Origin: a virus
DNA length: 64,000 nt
Virus record (IMG/VR): IMGVR_UViG_3300028597_000007
Direction: 5' to 3' (one strand)
Numbering within the stretch: the stretch's first letter is position 1; each line of letters begins with the position of its first letter. The translations under genes and the position numbers were made by a program. Positions 27,523 through 37,650 of this stretch are shown here, one piece after another. The notes beneath the pieces are model-generated. The model was not told where the DNA came from. It did not search any database and saw only the letters and a list, made by a program, of their open reading frames with translations.

Positions 27523-29268
27523 TGCGTCTTTGTGTTCCTCGTCGTACAGTGCCAGCAGTTCGTTCGAAGCAGGCAGGCCCAGCAGTTGTTGTGCGATCAT
27601 GTTACCGTTGACATGACCACCAGTTAGATCGATACCGATCCATCTCCACTGATCCTCCTCCATGCCCTCCACAGATGACAGTTCCGTTTGCGTTGTGAAC
27701 TTGTCAATGTTGAGCATGTCCTGCAACTTAGGATACGTTGACACCACGTCGATGTCGGATACGTGCGTGAACAGTAATGGAACATGTCCTCGCATGTCAG
27801 ACACAATGTCGTCGTCTGGTTCCGGTCCCATGTAAGCAGGTAGTGTGACGATCCAGTTTCCAAGGCCAGGGCTGGCTTGGTCCACCTCCGTTAACATCTC
27901 GTCGGAAGTAGTACCCGCCATCAGCTTGTACTTCTGCAGGAAGAAGTGCAGGTCGTCAGCGATCATCCGTGGCTGGGAGTCGTAGTTCTTGTACTCGGAG
28001 CACTTCAGAAGAGCTGGCAGGCACATGGCGATGTCGTTGGTGGTTTCATCCAGCATTTCTACCGAGATGTCGTCCCACAAGTTGTAGATGCAGTATTCCA
28101 CAGGGAAATACTTCTGCATGAACTGGTGCCACTCTTTCTTCACGAACCCGTCAGCTTCCGTGAACTTAAGCTTGCCGCCCAGCTTGTGCTTACGCAGCAG
28201 ATAGTCCAGGTTGTACTCGGGGTCGTTCGCCGATGCCGTGCGGATACGCTTGTACAGAAGCATCGAGTCACAGATGACAAAGGAAGCCTGGTTGGTCACC
28301 GTGTGCCATTGGTCAATCGGGTTGATTGGAACCTTGGTGTCTTTACCGCCGTCCTTCTTGACCTTGTGTGCCGCGCCTTGGTTCCATTTGAAGTTACGGA
28401 ACTTCTTAGGAATACGGGGATCGCAGAATACGTCAGCCGGGTCATAGCCAGAGTCACGTAAGGCGCGTTCTGATTTGGGAATATCGAACGCCATGTTGAA
28501 GATGGTGACGTAGTCTGGTTGCCATTCATGGGCTGCCTCAAAGCTACGCTGCACCAATTGAGCCGGGAAGTCATGGATGTTGATTTCCATGGTCTGCGGG
28601 TCAATGCCACGTTTCTTTAAGATCGGCCCTAATAACTCTTCAGCCTTGTCGCGCACCAGTTGAATGAAGCGTTCTGGTTTCTTGTCTTCAGCAGACAGCG
28701 CAGACTCATCAATCCAGCTGCCCAGAATGTTCATGCTGACATTCTTTTTGTTGGTCATCGACGCGATAATGATCTCCTCTTCTTCGGAGTTCATATTCGT
28801 CTCGATATCGTAGACCGCCACGTTACTTGGGGTAGGTGTTCCACCCCAGCGATCGCGGTAACCACGCTTGACCAACACCGGTGTAGATACGTCCGCACCG
28901 TACAGGTAAGGGGACCTGGCAAGCTGTCTCAGACCGCCCCGAGCATTGGGGTTGCCGAGGGCGCGAGCGACCTTATTATGTAGTTCATGCTGACTGCAAG
29001 TGAACTTCCGAAGCTGCGAGATAGGTGCCCACGGGCGCTTGTCTTTATGTGTCCTGTACTTTTCCAGAGTGACGTAAAAGTCACGCTGGTAGTTGTGGAT
29101 CAGACGCAGGTTAGGAATAGGGGGACGCCCGTCCTTGCAGTGAATCAGTTCTTTAACGACGACCACGTCATTAGGCGAATAGTCGTTAGCCTTCGAATAA
29201 GTTGCGTGCACACATTCGAAGCGGTCGATCTCTTCCCGATCGGGGAGATTTGGATACATGAATGGCAT
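27517..29268 (-). CDS. Split B-family DNA polymerase, exonuclease and motif-A half (phiKZ gp82-like)
   Basis: Exo motifs YDIET, FNMAFD and YNLWD; PolB motif A DVVSTYP near the C-terminus; motifs B and C absent. Confidence 0.88.
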   Translation of the reverse strand: MPFMYPNLPDREEIDRFECVHATYSKANDYSPNDVVVVKELIHCKDGRPPIPNLRLIHNYQRDFYVTLEKYRTHKDKRPWAPISQLRKFTCSQHELHNKVARALGNPNARGGLRQLARSPYLYGADVSTPVLVKRGYRDRWGGTPTPSNVAVYDIETNMNSEEEEIIIASMTNKKNVSMNILGSWIDESALSAEDKKPERFIQLVRDKAEELLGPILKKRGIDPQTMEINIHDFPAQLVQRSFEAAHEWQPDYVTIFNMAFDIPKSERALRDSGYDPADVFCDPRIPKKFRNFKWNQGAAHKVKKDGGKDTKVPINPIDQWHTVTNQASFVICDSMLLYKRIRTASANDPEYNLDYLLRKHKLGGKLKFTEADGFVKKEWHQFMQKYFPVEYCIYNLWDDISVEMLDETTNDIAMCLPALLKCSEYKNYDSQPRMIADDLHFFLQKYKLMAGTTSDEMLTEVDQASPGLGNWIVTLPAYMGPEPDDDIVSDMRGHVPLLFTHVSDIDVVSTYPKLQDMLNIDKFTTQTELSSVEGMEEDQWRWIGIDLTGGHVNGNMIAQQLLGLPASNELLALYDEEHKDAA

Positions 29269-29330
29269 GATGTGCTCCAGCGTGAATCTCGAAATTCTCT
29301 AAACAGTATCCCGGCCGGGTAGGAACTCAC

Positions 29331-30632
29331 ATGACACGTCGTCTCAAACAGTGCGCCACGATGGTGCAAGAGGCTATCGCCCACCAGGGTCGAAGCCAAC
29401 TCTTCCGTGATCTCCTCATGATCATCCGCGAGGTCAAGGAAGTCCCTTACGCTGCGCTGGGCAAAGAATTGCTCATCAAGAAGGGCATCGATAAGGTGAT
29501 CGAGAAACACACGGGTCTGAAGATCCCTGTGTACATCGACAACTCGCCGTACATCAATGCCTGGATCTATCCTCCGTACATCGACGCCAACCACGCGGTG
29601 TTCGCCGGTAACCAGTGGCAGCGTGGCGACAACTGGACCCTGGAGTACATCAACAAGCAGTCCAACAAGGTCTTCGGTAAATCCGAATCGATCTTCGGCA
29701 CTGTTGACCGTGAGCGCTCGCGCGTGTCTGGTGACTTCACCAAGATCGAGTGTCCGATGTACGTCACTCGTATGGCCATCAATCATCCAGAGGCGACCCC
29801 TGAGATGATCGTGTCGGTTATCCTGCACGAGATCGGTCACGTCTTCACCTACTTCGAGTTCATGGGTCGAGTGACCACCTTCAACGGCGCACTGCAGGCT
29901 GCCTCAGAAATGTTCTTCCAGTGCAACTCCCGCGAAGACCGCCTCAAGGTTGTCCGTGACGTGGGTGACAAGTTCGGCGTCGATACCGACGACCGCGATG
30001 CATTGATGAACTCCCGCTCCAAAGACGGCTTCATTACCGTCCTGGCCCGCGGTTACGTCATCGACCGCAAGTCGAGCCTGGGTTCTTCGATTTATGACAT
30101 CACCCTGTGGGAGTCGCTGTCTGACCAGTTCAGCATGCGCCACGGCTCCGGCGTTGATGGTGTGAAGATGATGGACCTGATCTACAAGAACAGCGGCGCC
30201 TCGGCCTACCACGGTACCCTGACCCACATCATCTTTACCCTGTTCAAGGTTCTGATGTTCATCGTCATGACCTTCTCGCTGTTCGGCCTGCCTCTGCTGC
30301 TGTTGTTTATCAACCCGGCAGAGAAGATCTATGACGAGCCAGAAGCCCGCATGTTGCGCATGCGTAACGACTTCGTCTCGGGTCTGAAGTCTCCCACCAT
30401 CTCCAAAGAGGAGAAGGCAAAGATCGCTGAAGACGTTAAGGAAATTGATCTGATCATCAAGGACCTGGACGACAAGCGCGGCCTGATTGAACTGTTCTAC
30501 ACCTCCTGCACCCCAGAAGGTCGTCGTCAGTACAGTCAGATGCGCTTCCAGCAAGCCGTAGAGAACCTGGTTGCCAACGACCTGCTCGTGGCCTCTACCC
30601 GCCTGACCAACCTCGCTAACCGCCTTTCCTGA
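29331..30632 (+). CDS. Probable virion protein with HExxH metalloprotease motif and transmembrane segment
   Basis: ILHEIGH; downstream ESLSDQF; hydrophobic stretch IIFTLFKVLMFIVMTFSLFGLPLLLLFI. Confidence 0.72.
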   Translation: MTRRLKQCATMVQEAIAHQGRSQLFRDLLMIIREVKEVPYAALGKELLIKKGIDKVIEKHTGLKIPVYIDNSPYINAWIYPPYIDANHAVFAGNQWQRGDNWTLEYINKQSNKVFGKSESIFGTVDRERSRVSGDFTKIECPMYVTRMAINHPEATPEMIVSVILHEIGHVFTYFEFMGRVTTFNGALQAASEMFFQCNSREDRLKVVRDVGDKFGVDTDDRDALMNSRSKDGFITVLARGYVIDRKSSLGSSIYDITLWESLSDQFSMRHGSGVDGVKMMDLIYKNSGASAYHGTLTHIIFTLFKVLMFIVMTFSLFGLPLLLLFINPAEKIYDEPEARMLRMRNDFVSGLKSPTISKEEKAKIAEDVKEIDLIIKDLDDKRGLIELFYTSCTPEGRRQYSQMRFQQAVENLVANDLLVASTRLTNLANRLS

Positions 30633-30643
30633 GGAGTGCCACC

Positions 30644-31096
30644 GTGCGCGAACTTAAAATCACCCGCAAGAAGTCGGGTAACATTCTGGCCAACATCAAC
30701 CAGATGCTCACCGCCACCAAAGTCGACGCCATCGATCGTACCGCGGTAACTGAACTGGGCTTTGCTGAGCTGGTAGCAGCCACCCTGCCCCTGTGCCCAA
30801 CTGGCCAAGACCCAGCCGACTTCTACCGTGCCAACTGCATCGAGGGCGTGCGTGCGTTCCTGGACCAGGTGGTCGAGATGGTCAACATCAACCAGGAACA
30901 GTGCCTGCTGGCTGTCTGGGGCGTCTACGCTTACCGCCTGTCGATCATCCAGCCGATGAACCTGACCGACGTGCGGCCTTGTGTGGGTCGCTACATGGCC
31001 AAGTTGCCCGAGCGCCACAGCGCCATGGTTGCCAAGTACCCGACCCTGAACGAGAACTACTGGGCTCTGGCTGACAGTATCTACGTCAACGTTTAA
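30644..31096 (+). CDS. Probable virion structural protein
   Basis: GAGGAG RBS, GTG start; within the structural operon. Confidence 0.7.
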   Translation: MRELKITRKKSGNILANINQMLTATKVDAIDRTAVTELGFAELVAATLPLCPTGQDPADFYRANCIEGVRAFLDQVVEMVNINQEQCLLAVWGVYAYRLSIIQPMNLTDVRPCVGRYMAKLPERHSAMVAKYPTLNENYWALADSIYVNV

Positions 31097-31097
31097 G

Positions 31098-32444
31098 GTG
31101 ATCGCGATGAAGATGATCACTGAGAACCTGACAGAGGAGTTGTTTACCGACGACCCTCTGATTCCCAAGGGGATCATCACGGCCTACGAGACGATCAAAC
31201 GAGATCGAATGGTAAGCCAAGAGATGGTGAGCCCCTACATCCAGAACTTCCCGATGAACGTGTCGCTCAGCAACTTTACCGTTGAGCCATCGGAGAAAGG
31301 ATTGGAAATCGCGCTGGAAGGCTTTGCGGTGCTGTTTAAGGTGACTGCCGGTGTTTTGCTGGTGTCTGCCCTGGGTGTGTGCATCTTCAACTTCATACGC
31401 TCCCGTAAAGCGGCTGAAGCCACTGCAGATGCGGCCACCAATGGTGTACTCCTGCATAAGGAAATCACCAAGCTGGTTCAGGGTATCCGTGCAGCCAAAG
31501 GCTTCCATGACCGTACCATCAAGATCAAGGCAAGTGACATCCCGCTGGGTCCAACCCGGCGTGCCTTGGGCCTGCATGGCGAGATTATCTACCCCGAGTG
31601 GGCAGATCGTTTCTACGCCTACGGTCACGACCAGCACTTCACCAACGCCATTGCCTCCAAGGTAGCAACCGGTCAGTTCTTCAGCATCACCGAGCATCTC
31701 ATGACGCCGATGGCTGATTACATGTCGGATCTGGCAGGTCGTGTCAAGCAGCTGACCAAGATGGTGGATAACCTCCCAGCCACCATCAACTCCGGTCGCC
31801 TGGAACAGGTCGCTCGTGACATCGAGCAACTGGACACCCGTTCTATCCGTGGCACGTTCCTGGGTCACCTCGAACGAGTTTATGGCAAAGAGCTGCCGCA
31901 GCCTCGGGTAACCTTCCAAGCCAACAGCGCGGAGTTACTAGATGCACGGGTAACGGCGCTGAAGGAGTTCTACGACAGCACTCGGGACGACAAGAAGTTC
32001 GTCCAGAACCACTACCAGGCCAACGTTGATCGTTGGAAGGCTGGTGATGTCGAACAGATGCTGGGGCGTATCCCAGAAATCTGCGCCCAGGCTGCAAAGC
32101 TTGGCGCTGCTCCTTCGCTGTCGACAGGTAAGTCCATCGTGGACGAATGCGAGCAACTGCGTCGCAAGATCTCTCCGATCGAAGTACCTGAGATGATTGA
32201 TCAGGCGCTTAAGAACACCCTCGAAAGTATCCGACTCGATTCTATTGCGTCGGTGAACCTCTTCGAAATGGTGATCAATGAACAGCGCCAGTTCACCATC
32301 TACATCCAGGACATCCTGAACCAGACCATCGAGTGGGCAACCGCTGTGGGTGCGTTCACCAAGCCAGCTGATCCACAAGCAGCTCGGCGGTTGATGAGCG
32401 ACGCTCAAGATGCAACCAAAGCCACGCGCAAGGTAAAACTTTAA
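31098..32444 (+). CDS. Probable internal head/ejection protein (propeptide, ALE site, hydrophobic helix)
   Basis: IALE-GFAVLFKVTAGVLLVSALGVCIFNFIRS. Start may be ATG 31107 or 31113. Confidence 0.68.
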   Translation: MIAMKMITENLTEELFTDDPLIPKGIITAYETIKRDRMVSQEMVSPYIQNFPMNVSLSNFTVEPSEKGLEIALEGFAVLFKVTAGVLLVSALGVCIFNFIRSRKAAEATADAATNGVLLHKEITKLVQGIRAAKGFHDRTIKIKASDIPLGPTRRALGLHGEIIYPEWADRFYAYGHDQHFTNAIASKVATGQFFSITEHLMTPMADYMSDLAGRVKQLTKMVDNLPATINSGRLEQVARDIEQLDTRSIRGTFLGHLERVYGKELPQPRVTFQANSAELLDARVTALKEFYDSTRDDKKFVQNHYQANVDRWKAGDVEQMLGRIPEICAQAAKLGAAPSLSTGKSIVDECEQLRRKISPIEVPEMIDQALKNTLESIRLDSIASVNLFEMVINEQRQFTIYIQDILNQTIEWATAVGAFTKPADPQAARRLMSDAQDATKATRKVKL

Positions 32445-32496
32445 GCCACCCTGCCCCCTACAGGTTCACGCTTGTAGGGGGCTCAAGGAGTTTTTT

Positions 32497-35400
32497 ATGA
32501 AAGAGTACGATCTGGCCAGCTTGGCCCAGGCGTCTGACAAAGATCTGGTTGAGTTCCTCGGTCAGAACGAGCGTGTCATCGGTGAGGTGACTGCCCACAT
32601 TGCCAACCTGGAACGCCTCAAGGGTACCAGTCAGGCACATGCGCTTGGCTACCAGGAATACCTGCCCGACGAAATCACCATGCAGGACTTTGACACTCAC
32701 CTGTCGAAGAAAGGCTACCAGATGTCCACCGAGGCTCTGCACACCATCCTGCTCGTGGCCGCATCCGCCGCTGTCGTCGCTGGCATCGGTATCATCGCCT
32801 ACAAGCTGATCAAAGCTTCGATGGCCAAGGAGCCCAAGTCCGCCGACTTCCTCAAGAAACAGAAGGAAGTTCAGCAGTTCGCCATGCATTTGATCAAGGT
32901 GCAGTGGAGCGATGCCGCCGCCCCTACCCGTGAAGCGCTGAAGACCAAGTTCCTGGCCGACTGCGTCAGCGAAGTAACTGCGAACCTGTCCGAAGCAGAC
33001 CTGCTGAACGACCCGTTCAACGCCTACGTGCGCAGCGAGTTCAAGACCTCCGGCGTTCCGTACATGGCACTGGTTGCCGGCATGCGTGGTCCAGCCTCGA
33101 TCTTCTCTGGCGCTGCCACCATCTACCTGACCAACGTCAAGGAATCGCTGGAAGCCTTCCGCCGTGAGTTCCTGGACGTGATCGCTGGTGCGCCTGATAT
33201 CACCGACCACCAGATGATCAACCTGGTCAATGGCCTCAAGTGGAACCAGATCGACAACGGTAACGCTGCCGGTGTTCAGGCTCTGATGGGTTGGATCAAT
33301 GCCATGGGTATCCCGTCCAGCAACCGTCTGGAAGAAGCCCTGCGCAATGCCAACGACATCCTGTCGGCCCCGGCCACCATCGACCAGATCAATGCCTACG
33401 ACCAGCACATCCAAGATGAGCTGATTGGCGAGGGCACTGTTCCCAAGGTCATTGCAATGATCCAGTCGCTCAAGGCCACCGGCAAGTACATCGAAGGTGC
33501 CAAGGGTAACTTCGTGGCTGGCGAGAAACGCTCGCAGCAAGTGGTTGACCTGTTCAAGGCCCAGATCGAACGTGCGCAGCTGCTGACCGACACCATCCCT
33601 CTGATCTCGCCACTGGTGACCCTGGAGTCCGACAACATCGTTCGTCGCTCCAAGTGCATCGCCAATGCCGGCAAGGCCCTGCTCAATGCCATTGAAGATG
33701 TGGCAGACAAGCTGGAAGACAAGGAAGCGGCCAAAGAGATCCGCACCGCGTTGGACGAGATTGCCCGTGCGTCCAAACAAGTGCTGAAAATGAAAACCGA
33801 GTCGCTGGTAGAACTTCCTGCCCCGGTCAGCTACGGCACCATGATGGACCTGCAAGCCAAGTCCGTGTGGATGGAACTGCTGAAGTCTTTGGCAGTGGCC
33901 GCGATGATCGGCCTGGCCGTGTTCGCCATCCAGGCGCTGGTATTGTCTATGTTGGGTCTGCAGTCGATGGCTGCATCCTTCGCTGGCGGCATCGTTTATT
34001 TCAACAAGAACGGTAAGCGTATCACCCCTGGCGAAGCCGCCGACGCCATTGCCAAGACCGTTGAGGAAAAGCGTACTGGCAAATACGGCGCGACCCTGGT
34101 AACCGGCCAACGCAATCTGCCATTCATTCTGAACCGTAGCCATCTGGACTCTGGCTTCAAGGACGTGGCTGCTGGCGTTGAGAAGTCGCTGAACGAGTTT
34201 GCCAACGAGCTACCGCGCGGGGGTGAGATTACCAGCGAGGCTATGGTTGCCGCCGCCAACAGCGGTATGAAGCACCTTAAGCGCACCATCTCCATTTTGG
34301 AAGGTCGTTTGAAGGGCATGAAGGTCAAGGTACCAGGCGGCGACCCGTCGGTTAAAGCCACCACCCACAACCTGCGTGACGCGATGGATGCTTACGTTGA
34401 CGAGTGGTTCAACCCTGAAAAGGCGAACTACGCTATCGTGCGTCAGGGCATCGACACCACCTGGTTCGGCGTCATGGACCCGAAGATGGCCGAGCACGTG
34501 GACGCCAACGCCAAGGTTCTGACCGACGGCATCGTACGCTTTGCCAAGTCCATCCCGAACGCAAGTAAGGATGAACTGACCAAGCTGTCGCCAGAGGCCC
34601 AAGAAGCCCATGCCAACTTCAGTCAGGCTCAGGCATACCTGGCAACCCTCGGCTTCGTCATTACTGAAATCACCAAGAAGGCAATTGCCGACGGTGGTAA
34701 AGGTATGCAGGCGGTAAAAGACAACCTCAAGATGAAGGGCGAGGATATTGGCGGCATCGAGGTCGAGGATGACTTCGGTGGTGACGACATCGTTCAGTAT
34801 CAAGAGGATCTCGATCCCTTGGTTGACATTGCAGACGCCATGGGCGACCTGTATGTTGACGAACAGACTGATGCAGTGATGGCCATCGAGAAGATGAGCG
34901 TCAAGACCAAGCGCTTGCTGATGACCGCTGGTATCGTCCTCGCATTGGGTGCTGGTGCTTATCTGCTGCTGTCCATGTCCCAGAACCGCCGCAGCCCTTC
35001 CTCGTTTGCAACTGACAAGATGTTCAAGCAAATCCAGAAGGACCTGGAGGCCAGCTTGGCATCTGAAGAGTTTGCAGCCCGGATGCAGGCTTCCAGTGAG
35101 GAGCTGGGCGATGCCTTGCAGAAGGACTTCGACCGCATGCGCAAGCAAGCGGAGAGCCTTCGCCAGAAGACCGCGCAGCCGACCGAGAAAGAAGTCGGCG
35201 GCCAGCGTGTTGACGCAGGTGCCGCGCGCCCTGCTTCTGTGCATCCGCGCATCGGCGAGACCGGTTCCCCAGTGGCCGGGTCCAACAATGCGTCTCAGGC
35301 CAACCCTGAAACCACTTGGATCAACGACGTACCACACAGCACCGAGGCCCTACAGATTGCCAAGGAAGTGGACGAACTGATCGCCAACCTCGGCAAGTTC

Positions 35401-36237
35401 GACTACAAGGGTGTGCTGCGTAGTCGTCTGGTTGAGCGTGCCCCTGGCATGGTTGCTTTGAACATGGCCACCGGTGGCTTCGACAAGGCTAGCGAGATCC
35501 TTTCGGGTGACCGCACGCGTCGTGTCGATAAGTTGATGGACCTCATGACCCACGTCATGGAGAACATCGTTGAACCGGTCATCGATGTGGTCCGCGGTCA
35601 GGGCGATACCAATCCACAGGCTGAGCAGGTCTACGACAAGGTTGTGGCTGCCATCGAAAAGGCAACCGCCGATGCTACTGCCGAACGACTGCTCGACGAG
35701 GCCTACATGGCTCGCACCGAGGAAGACTTCGCAGACTGGTCCAAGCCTTGCACCGAGTCCGATGTGGTGGAAGCCATGGGTCGCTTCGATCCGAAGTGCG
35801 TGCAGTCGGCCGAGCGCTACTACCTGGACGAGGCCAAGTCTTACCACAGCTTGTCGCAAGACCTGGACTCGATGTGGAAGGACAACAAGGACTTCCTCAA
35901 CCGCGAAGTGGGTGATCGGTTCAACGAGCTGAAGGGTAACCGGGACGCAACCTCCAAGCTCATCCGCCGCATGGAAGAGTTCAAGCCAACCTTCAACGTC
36001 ATTGCGCGTTCGATCAAGGCTCATGTGGCCATCAGCGACGTCATCTTCGAGGCCAGTGAATTCTGCCTGCGGGTGCATCGCAGTGTGCAGCGTGAGCTGA
36101 TCAAGTCCCTGCAGTTCCACCAGATGAAGGTGGCCGAGCTGGATGCCCGTATGGGTAAACAGTCCGAGACGCTGGGCAAGCTCTCGAAAGAGATGCAGGA
36201 TCAGATCAACCGCTTCAATGATCGCAAAGATACCTAA
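32497..36237 (+). CDS. Large internal head/ejection protein, possibly multi-module
   Basis: 1246 aa with three hydrophobic helices, two directly preceded by S/A-x-E sites. Confidence 0.7.
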   Translation: MKEYDLASLAQASDKDLVEFLGQNERVIGEVTAHIANLERLKGTSQAHALGYQEYLPDEITMQDFDTHLSKKGYQMSTEALHTILLVAASAAVVAGIGIIAYKLIKASMAKEPKSADFLKKQKEVQQFAMHLIKVQWSDAAAPTREALKTKFLADCVSEVTANLSEADLLNDPFNAYVRSEFKTSGVPYMALVAGMRGPASIFSGAATIYLTNVKESLEAFRREFLDVIAGAPDITDHQMINLVNGLKWNQIDNGNAAGVQALMGWINAMGIPSSNRLEEALRNANDILSAPATIDQINAYDQHIQDELIGEGTVPKVIAMIQSLKATGKYIEGAKGNFVAGEKRSQQVVDLFKAQIERAQLLTDTIPLISPLVTLESDNIVRRSKCIANAGKALLNAIEDVADKLEDKEAAKEIRTALDEIARASKQVLKMKTESLVELPAPVSYGTMMDLQAKSVWMELLKSLAVAAMIGLAVFAIQALVLSMLGLQSMAASFAGGIVYFNKNGKRITPGEAADAIAKTVEEKRTGKYGATLVTGQRNLPFILNRSHLDSGFKDVAAGVEKSLNEFANELPRGGEITSEAMVAAANSGMKHLKRTISILEGRLKGMKVKVPGGDPSVKATTHNLRDAMDAYVDEWFNPEKANYAIVRQGIDTTWFGVMDPKMAEHVDANAKVLTDGIVRFAKSIPNASKDELTKLSPEAQEAHANFSQAQAYLATLGFVITEITKKAIADGGKGMQAVKDNLKMKGEDIGGIEVEDDFGGDDIVQYQEDLDPLVDIADAMGDLYVDEQTDAVMAIEKMSVKTKRLLMTAGIVLALGAGAYLLLSMSQNRRSPSSFATDKMFKQIQKDLEASLASEEFAARMQASSEELGDALQKDFDRMRKQAESLRQKTAQPTEKEVGGQRVDAGAARPASVHPRIGETGSPVAGSNNASQANPETTWINDVPHSTEALQIAKEVDELIANLGKFDYKGVLRSRLVERAPGMVALNMATGGFDKASEILSGDRTRRVDKLMDLMTHVMENIVEPVIDVVRGQGDTNPQAEQVYDKVVAAIEKATADATAERLLDEAYMARTEEDFADWSKPCTESDVVEAMGRFDPKCVQSAERYYLDEAKSYHSLSQDLDSMWKDNKDFLNREVGDRFNELKGNRDATSKLIRRMEEFKPTFNVIARSIKAHVAISDVIFEASEFCLRVHRSVQRELIKSLQFHQMKVAELDARMGKQSETLGKLSKEMQDQINRFNDRKDT

Positions 36238-36246
36238 GGAGGTAAT

Positions 36247-37611
36247 GTGAGCGACTATTCCATGAAGATGGAAGAGCTGCTCGAAGACCTTGAAGGCAAT
36301 GATTGGGTGGCTGACCCTGACGCGCCTCTGAGATTAGAGGACGAAGAAGGGAACGTCATCCCAATGCCTGGGGACAACGAACAGCCTTCGGAAGAGGAGC
36401 TGGACGATGCCGTATTCCTAGCACATGGTCGCGAAACCGAATTGGTCAACATCATGGAAATGCTCCAGAGTTCTGGCGGCGTATCCCGTGACATGGCCAT
36501 GCAGTTCCGCGACCTGCTTCCGCCAGAGATGGCGATGGAATCGTTCACTGTCCAGGTGACGCAAACCAACCATGTCATGGCCATGGAGTATGTGGGGACT
36601 GCAATCAAGATCGCGGCCGCTGCCGGCGTGATCGCAGTATTGGGTGCGGTGGGTTATCTGATCTATCGCATTACCAAGTCCCGCAAACGCATGCCTAAGA
36701 ACAAGTTGGACAAAGCGGTATCTGCGGCATACGGCACTGCTGAGGAAAAGCTCAAGGTTGTGTTGGAAGGGCTCAAGCATGAGTACCCTGAAATCGAGCA
36801 CGTCGAACTCAAGTGGAACAAGGAAGAGGCGCTTGTCCAGATGGCAATCCAATGCCAGATGCAAGAGCTGGACCTGCGCATGATGACTGGGACCTACAAG
36901 TCCTTCGTTGGCATGGTGGGTTCTGATGCCTTGGTGCAGGCTAATGAGATCAAGAAGTTCTTTGATACGTCAGTCTTCCCAGAACTTGACAAGATGTCCA
37001 AGGCAGGTACGGGCAAGGATATTGACGACATCACCAAAAAGATCCAGGAATTCAAATTCACGGATATGGTGTCCAAACACCTTGATCGTTTCGGTCACGA
37101 CATGCAGGTCAACTTCGAGCGCCCTGATCAGGTCTGTGAGAAGTTCCGTGCCAAGTATTCCCGTAGCGTGAGTGTTGAGGAGGCGGCCAGTAAGCTGAAG
37201 GGTGTTAAGCCCAACGGTGTGGACGTCCCTGAGCAGGCTGCTGTTGGTCTGTACAAGGCACAGGACATCATGACCCAGATGTTGGTCAAGGTGAAGAACT
37301 ACGAGAAGAAGCTGGAGAAGACGAAAGAACTCCCAGCCGATTACGTGGCTCAGATCAAAGGCGTGTTGGAGAAGTGCAAGCAGCCTCTCAAATCCTTGGG
37401 TGATGTATTCAACATCCTGGAGATGGAGATTGCTTCGCAGACCCGCTGTGCCAAGATCAAAGGCCTGGCTGTAGCGGAAGGTTACAAGAACGTAGCCAAC
37501 CACTACAAGGAGAAAGCGTTGACCGACAAGGAACACCGCGCATCCTACCGAGCCTGCGTCAAAGTGCTGGACAAGTCCTTCGACGACATCCGTGGCGCCA
37601 TGAAGTTGTAA
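36247..37611 (+). CDS. Probable internal head/ejection protein
   Basis: AAGGAGGT RBS; acidic propeptide; two AME sites, then AIKIAAAAGVIAVLGAVGYLIY. Confidence 0.72.
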   Translation: MSDYSMKMEELLEDLEGNDWVADPDAPLRLEDEEGNVIPMPGDNEQPSEEELDDAVFLAHGRETELVNIMEMLQSSGGVSRDMAMQFRDLLPPEMAMESFTVQVTQTNHVMAMEYVGTAIKIAAAAGVIAVLGAVGYLIYRITKSRKRMPKNKLDKAVSAAYGTAEEKLKVVLEGLKHEYPEIEHVELKWNKEEALVQMAIQCQMQELDLRMMTGTYKSFVGMVGSDALVQANEIKKFFDTSVFPELDKMSKAGTGKDIDDITKKIQEFKFTDMVSKHLDRFGHDMQVNFERPDQVCEKFRAKYSRSVSVEEAASKLKGVKPNGVDVPEQAAVGLYKAQDIMTQMLVKVKNYEKKLEKTKELPADYVAQIKGVLEKCKQPLKSLGDVFNILEMEIASQTRCAKIKGLAVAEGYKNVANHYKEKALTDKEHRASYRACVKVLDKSFDDIRGAMKL

Positions 37612-37650
37612 CATACGCCCCCGGCTCATTGCGAGCCGGGGGCTATGCCG
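37612..37650. terminator. Bidirectional hairpin flanked by CATA and TATGCCG
   Basis: gcccccggctc-attgc-gagccgggggc (37617-37643); TATGCCG 37644-37650. Confidence 0.78.
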
